Source of the DNA: Candidatus Tenderia sp.
GTDB lineage: Bacteria > Pseudomonadota > Gammaproteobacteria > Tenderiales > Tenderiaceae
Reading direction: 5' to 3'
Assembly: GCA_031416075.1 (NCBI GenBank)
Contig: JANOSY010000084.1
Coordinates: 1 to 20,257, forward strand
Length of the DNA stretch: 20,257 nt
Below, piece after piece: positions 16,940-20,257 of the stretch. How positions within the stretch are numbered: position 1 is the stretch's first letter; the number at the start of each line of letters is the position of its first letter. The position numbers and the translations under genes were made by a program. The notes under the pieces were generated by a model. The model was not told where the DNA came from, ran no database searches, and was given only the letters and a program-made list of their open reading frames with translations.

Positions 16940-17200
16940 GGCTACTATGATAAAAACCCTAGTCTACAAGCGATACGCGGATCATCAGCCATATGACAGA
17001 TATCCCTCATGGAGCGTTAAGCGATATACATACGCCTAATAATGAATTTGCAACCGGTGGTATTGTAACTAAGTTGATGGCGGCTAAGTTTTTGATGGAC
17101 AAGGGGCGAAAGATGTTCCTTTGTAATGGCTGCGATCTCACGACAGCTGAGCAGTACTTGCTGGAAGAGTTGCAGCATAAGGGGGACCCTGTTTGAGCCA
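16940..17200 (+). pseudogene. proB: C-terminal fragment of glutamate 5-kinase, frameshifted
   Basis: GYYDKNP at 16940, a frameshift, then ..FATGGIVTKLMAAKFL..GRKMFLCNG. A second shift in a G-run separates the terminal GTLF. No N-terminal half is present. Confidence 0.75.
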
Positions 17201-17318
17201 GCGGTCGATTGACGGGCAATTTTAGCCCACACAGCCAACCAGAACTGGTTTCTCAGACATAATGTTGGGAAGATGTGTGGGTATGGGTGGATTGTTGAAC
17301 CGTGATGAACAGACCTGA

Positions 17319-17729
17319 ATGAAACGATCAAAGCCAGAGATTATTCCCGGTGATAGACAGGTTGCTAAAAGTTGGCTGGTTGCCGTTGCGTTGTATCTGT
17401 TATTTCTGGTCTGGCTTGAACCGTTGATAGACTTTATCCTGATGCAAATGCCACTCTCTCCAACGGCAGAAGGCATTGCGGCACTGAACAGTCAGAAGAG
17501 CTACATGAGTAATGTGGTTTTTGGCATGGCGCGCAGTTTGCCCATCATGCTGTTTTTATGGTTGGGCTGGCTGATTGTGCGAGCCCAACGTCTACCACCT
17601 CGAGGAATGCGTCTACCAGTGGCAGTATTGCTGGTTGAGGGACGAAAAGCGGTAATGATTGGCATGGTGGTTATGGCGGTTGCTATTATGCTGCTCTCTC
17701 GTGAGTTGGTGATGTTAGTGAGCGCTTAA
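17319..17729 (+). CDS. Hypothetical membrane protein (about 3 TM)
   Basis: 136-aa ORF with three hydrophobic segments and a downstream hairpin. No family recognised. Confidence 0.7.
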   Translation: MKRSKPEIIPGDRQVAKSWLVAVALYLLFLVWLEPLIDFILMQMPLSPTAEGIAALNSQKSYMSNVVFGMARSLPIMLFLWLGWLIVRAQRLPPRGMRLPVAVLLVEGRKAVMIGMVVMAVAIMLLSRELVMLVSA

Positions 17730-17733
17730 ACAC

Positions 17734-17766
17734 GCCCGATCTGTAGTAGTCACGACTTGATCGGGC
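17734..17766 (+). terminator. Hairpin after the membrane-protein gene
   Basis: GCCCGATC ... GATCGGGC 8-bp arms with an inner AGTC/GACT pairing. No U-tract. Confidence 0.35.
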
Positions 17767-17851
17767 AGTTACCCGCCTTTCGGAAATGGCTGTCACGTCA
17801 AACTCAATTCACGCATTTTTTTGCTAGACTTTTCTTGTTCCCCTCGAATGT

Positions 17852-18682
17852 GGTTCTGTCGCATTAGCCCCCCATCGTCAAAAAATAGTTTATCCTGAGC
17901 GCCAATAAATGGATAGGTGGTATGCAGTATGTTGATGATGAAAGGCATGCGGTTTCCCAAGGAAATCATCCTGGTGTGTACCCGCTGGTACTCAGCGTAT
18001 TCATTGAGTTATCGTAATCTCGAAGAAATGATGCAGGAACGCGGCGTGTCGGTCGATCATTCGACAGTCAACCGCTAGGCGATTCGTTTCCTACCATTGC
18101 TGGAAAAGATATTCCGCAAACAACACAAACAACCCGCCGGTGTCAGTTGGCGGATGGACGAAACCTACATCAAAGTGAAAGGAGTATGGGTTTACCTGTA
18201 CCGGGCGATTGACAAGGAAGGTCTCACGATTGATTTCCTTCTGAGAGCCAAGCGGGACAAGGTCGCAGCGATGGCTTTCTTCAAGAAAGCGATGCACCAG
18301 AACGGGGATCCCGAAAAGGTGACCATGGATAAAAGTGGCTCTAACAAAGCGGCCATGGACGAGATCAACAAGGATCGTGTAGATCCCATCGAAGTTCGCC
18401 AGATCAAGTACCTCAACAATATTGTTGAACAGGATCACCGGGCAGTGAAGCGGATCACGAAACCCATGATGGGTTTCAAGTCCTTCCGCGCCGCCCGCAA
18501 TGTAATTGCCGGCATCGAACTGATGCACTTGATCCGCAAAGGTCAGATGATCGCCACGGAAGGAGTGAAACCTTCTTTCGCCGAACAGTTTTATGCCCTT
18601 GCAGGATAATTGCGTCCAGAGCCACTGCGCGCCCGGAATATTAGGGCAATACTCGGCGATGATTTGCTAATGCGACAGAACC
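17852..18682 (+). mobile_element. IS6-family insertion sequence (831 bp)
   Basis: Perfect 17-bp terminal IRs GGTTCTGTCGCATTAGC (17852-17868) and GCTAATGCGACAGAACC (18666-18682) enclose an IS6 transposase. No flanking direct repeat. Confidence 0.95.
17929..18609 (+). pseudogene. IS6 DDE transposase with a premature stop
   Basis: MLMMKGMRFPKEIILVCTRWY..LSYRNLEEMMQERGVSVDHSTVNR*AIRF, with TAG at 18076-18078 in place of a conserved Trp. It continues in frame through WRMDETYIKV, VTMDKS and YLNNIVEQDHR. Confidence 0.92.
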
Positions 18683-18684
18683 AT

Positions 18685-18753
18685 ATTGCTTATATCACCA
18701 CGGAAGAGGGATGACTTTATCTGACAGGCATTAAAGAGGTGTTCAGCAGTGAG
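18685..18753 (+). pseudogene. IS3-family transposase (rve) fragment
   Basis: Translates IAYITTEEG*LYLTGIKEVFSSE, matching the DITYI.T.EGWLYL...D.FS motif with Trp replaced by TGA. It is cut by the IS6 right end. Confidence 0.75.
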
Positions 18754-18851
18754 GATCTCCCGCAGATCAGCGGCCACGCTCTTACCTCGTGTCATTCCAC
18801 ACGCGAATAGCCATTGATTTTGAGGGGTAGGTGGGTGATACCATTCCATTC

Positions 18852-20018
18852 ATGACTCAATCTAAATCATTCCCCCCACGTTGGGAGCTGTTTTGCACGG
18901 TGGTCGACAATTATGGCGACATCGGCATTTGCTGGCGCATGGCGCGGCAGTTGGTGTTGGAGCATCAACTGCAGGTGCGGCTTTGGGTGGATGATCTGGT
19001 GAGCTTTCAGCGTATCTGCCCGCAGATCAATCCAAAACAGAGCAGGCAGTGGTATCGTGGGGTTGAGGTGCGCCACTGGACCACACCGTTTCCGGCTATG
19101 GCTTCGGCAGAGCTGGGGGATGTGGTGGTTGAGGCGCTGGGTTGTGTTTTGCCAGAAGGGATTCTGGCGGCAATGGTGGCTCGGGAGCGCACACCGGTCT
19201 GGATTAATCTGGAGTATTTGAGTGCTGAGGCGTGGGTGGGCGGGTGTCACGGCATGGCTTCGCCCCATCCGCAGTGGCCGCTGACCAAGTACTTCTTCTT
19301 TCCTGGATTCAATCGAGGGACGGGGGGCGTGTTGCGAGAACACAATTTATTGCAGCAGCGGCGCGCCTTTCAGGCCGACTCGGTCGCGCAGGGTCGCTTC
19401 TGGCGTTCGCTGGGGGTGCCAGTTGCCGATGTGCATGAGTTACGGTTGTCGCTGTTTGGCTATGATACGCCGGAGGTGGCGGAATTGGTGCAGGTCTGGT
19501 CTGAGGGTTTGCATCCGGTGCGTTGCCTGATACCCGAGGGGCGGTTGGCGCAGCAGTTATTGCTCTGTTTAGGAGTGGAATCGGCCCAGGTGGGGGATAG
19601 TTTTACTTGGGGTAGTTTGACCGTACACCTGTTGCCGTTTCTGGAGCAGGATGGTTATGACCGCCTGCTGTGGGCCTGTGACCTCAATTTTGTGCGTGGG
19701 GAAGACTCCTTTGTCCGTGCTCAGTGGGCAGGTAGGCCCTTGGTATGGCAGGCTTATCGCCAAGGAGAGGGGGTACATTTAATCAAGCTGGAAGCCTTTT
19801 TACAGCGCTACTGTTCAGGTTTGCCAAAGATAGCAGCGGATGATGTGCGTGGTTTTTGGCAGGCATGGAATCGGGGAGAGGGAGTGGCGGAGTGGTGGCC
19901 GCTCTTTCTGGCCCGGCGTGAGCAGTTGAGCGAATATAGTGAAAAATGGGTCGATGAGTTGGTTGATTTGGGGGGTACGGTGGCAAATTTAGTGCGTTTT
20001 TGTGAGAAATATTTATAA
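18852..20018 (+). CDS. earP: Elongation factor P arginine rhamnosyltransferase EarP
   Basis: WELFCTVVDNYGDIGICWRMARQL, WINLEYLSAE, KYFFFPGF..GTGG and DLNFVRGEDSFVRAQWAGRPLVWQ. ATG 18852 is preferred over GTG 18831. Confidence 0.96.
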   Translation: MTQSKSFPPRWELFCTVVDNYGDIGICWRMARQLVLEHQLQVRLWVDDLVSFQRICPQINPKQSRQWYRGVEVRHWTTPFPAMASAELGDVVVEALGCVLPEGILAAMVARERTPVWINLEYLSAEAWVGGCHGMASPHPQWPLTKYFFFPGFNRGTGGVLREHNLLQQRRAFQADSVAQGRFWRSLGVPVADVHELRLSLFGYDTPEVAELVQVWSEGLHPVRCLIPEGRLAQQLLLCLGVESAQVGDSFTWGSLTVHLLPFLEQDGYDRLLWACDLNFVRGEDSFVRAQWAGRPLVWQAYRQGEGVHLIKLEAFLQRYCSGLPKIAADDVRGFWQAWNRGEGVAEWWPLFLARREQLSEYSEKWVDELVDLGGTVANLVRFCEKYL

Positions 20019-20075
20019 CCTCCTCCCGCGAATTTTCCTGCCAGATTTTTTGCCGTCTTCCACTCAGGCAAAATA

Positions 20076-20257
20076 TCACGCAATCAGTTCGGTCTTCAGC
20101 CTATGGAAGAAGCTCCCAGCAGGAGCATTGTCCCAACAATTGCCTCTGCGACTCATGCTGCAAATAACCCCATTGGCCTTGAGGGTCTCCTGATACAGCT
20201 CTGAGGCATATTGGCTGCCTTGATCGCTGTGTACCATCAAGCCTCCAGATCGACATG
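20076..20257 (-). pseudogene. IS3-family transposase fragment, truncated; runs off the window end
   Basis: Minus strand 20255..20076 reads GLMVHSDQGSQYASELYQETLKANGVICSMSRRGNCWDNAPAGSFFHRLKTELIA*. The catalytic Glu (DNA..ESF) is Gly, and the C-terminus is missing. Confidence 0.9.

Noticed and set aside
17722-17775. Integron attC site after the membrane-protein gene
   Set aside because: A hairpin is present, but the ends do not match RYYYAAC and GTTRRRY, and there is no integrase or second cassette.
17788-17851. End of another IS (GGCTGTCACGTCAAACTC) left of IS6
   Set aside because: It looks like an IR, but I found no partner repeat or transposase sequence in the window. An ISfinder search would be needed.
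18076-18078. Programmed stop readthrough or recoding in the IS6 transposase
   Set aside because: TAG at a Trp position is most simply a TGG>TAG mutation. TAG and TGA act as normal stops elsewhere in the window.
1-20257. CRISPR array, tRNA, rRNA, prophage or defence operon
   Set aside because: I saw no regularly spaced repeats, RNA gene signatures or phage genes. The patatin looks like the housekeeping RssA type and has no cyclase neighbour.

Overview
A mostly housekeeping window, probably from a gammaproteobacterium (inferred from earP, djlA, oxyR and DUF3301), with decayed mobile DNA at both ends. The left end holds an internally deleted IS200/IS605 remnant, then three tandem copies of an unknown secreted Cys-patterned protein gene (one intact, two pseudogenes). 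The core carries a PC4-like small protein divergent from oxyR, a patatin, an AI-2E transporter, an NmrA-like oxidoreductase, a lipoprotein, DUF3301, a CoA-binding protein, a stand-alone squalene/phytoene synthase, djlA, a DUF748 protein, an orphan CHASE-PAS histidine kinase and an SLC13/TrkA-C permease. The right end holds a frameshifted proB fragment, a complete IS6 with a nonsense mutation, and earP between two IS3 fragments with no efp next to it. The strongest non-coding signal is a three-DnaA-box core plus a consensus IHF site upstream of djlA, resembling a DARS-type replication-control element. All family assignments come from motif recognition by eye; no searches were run.
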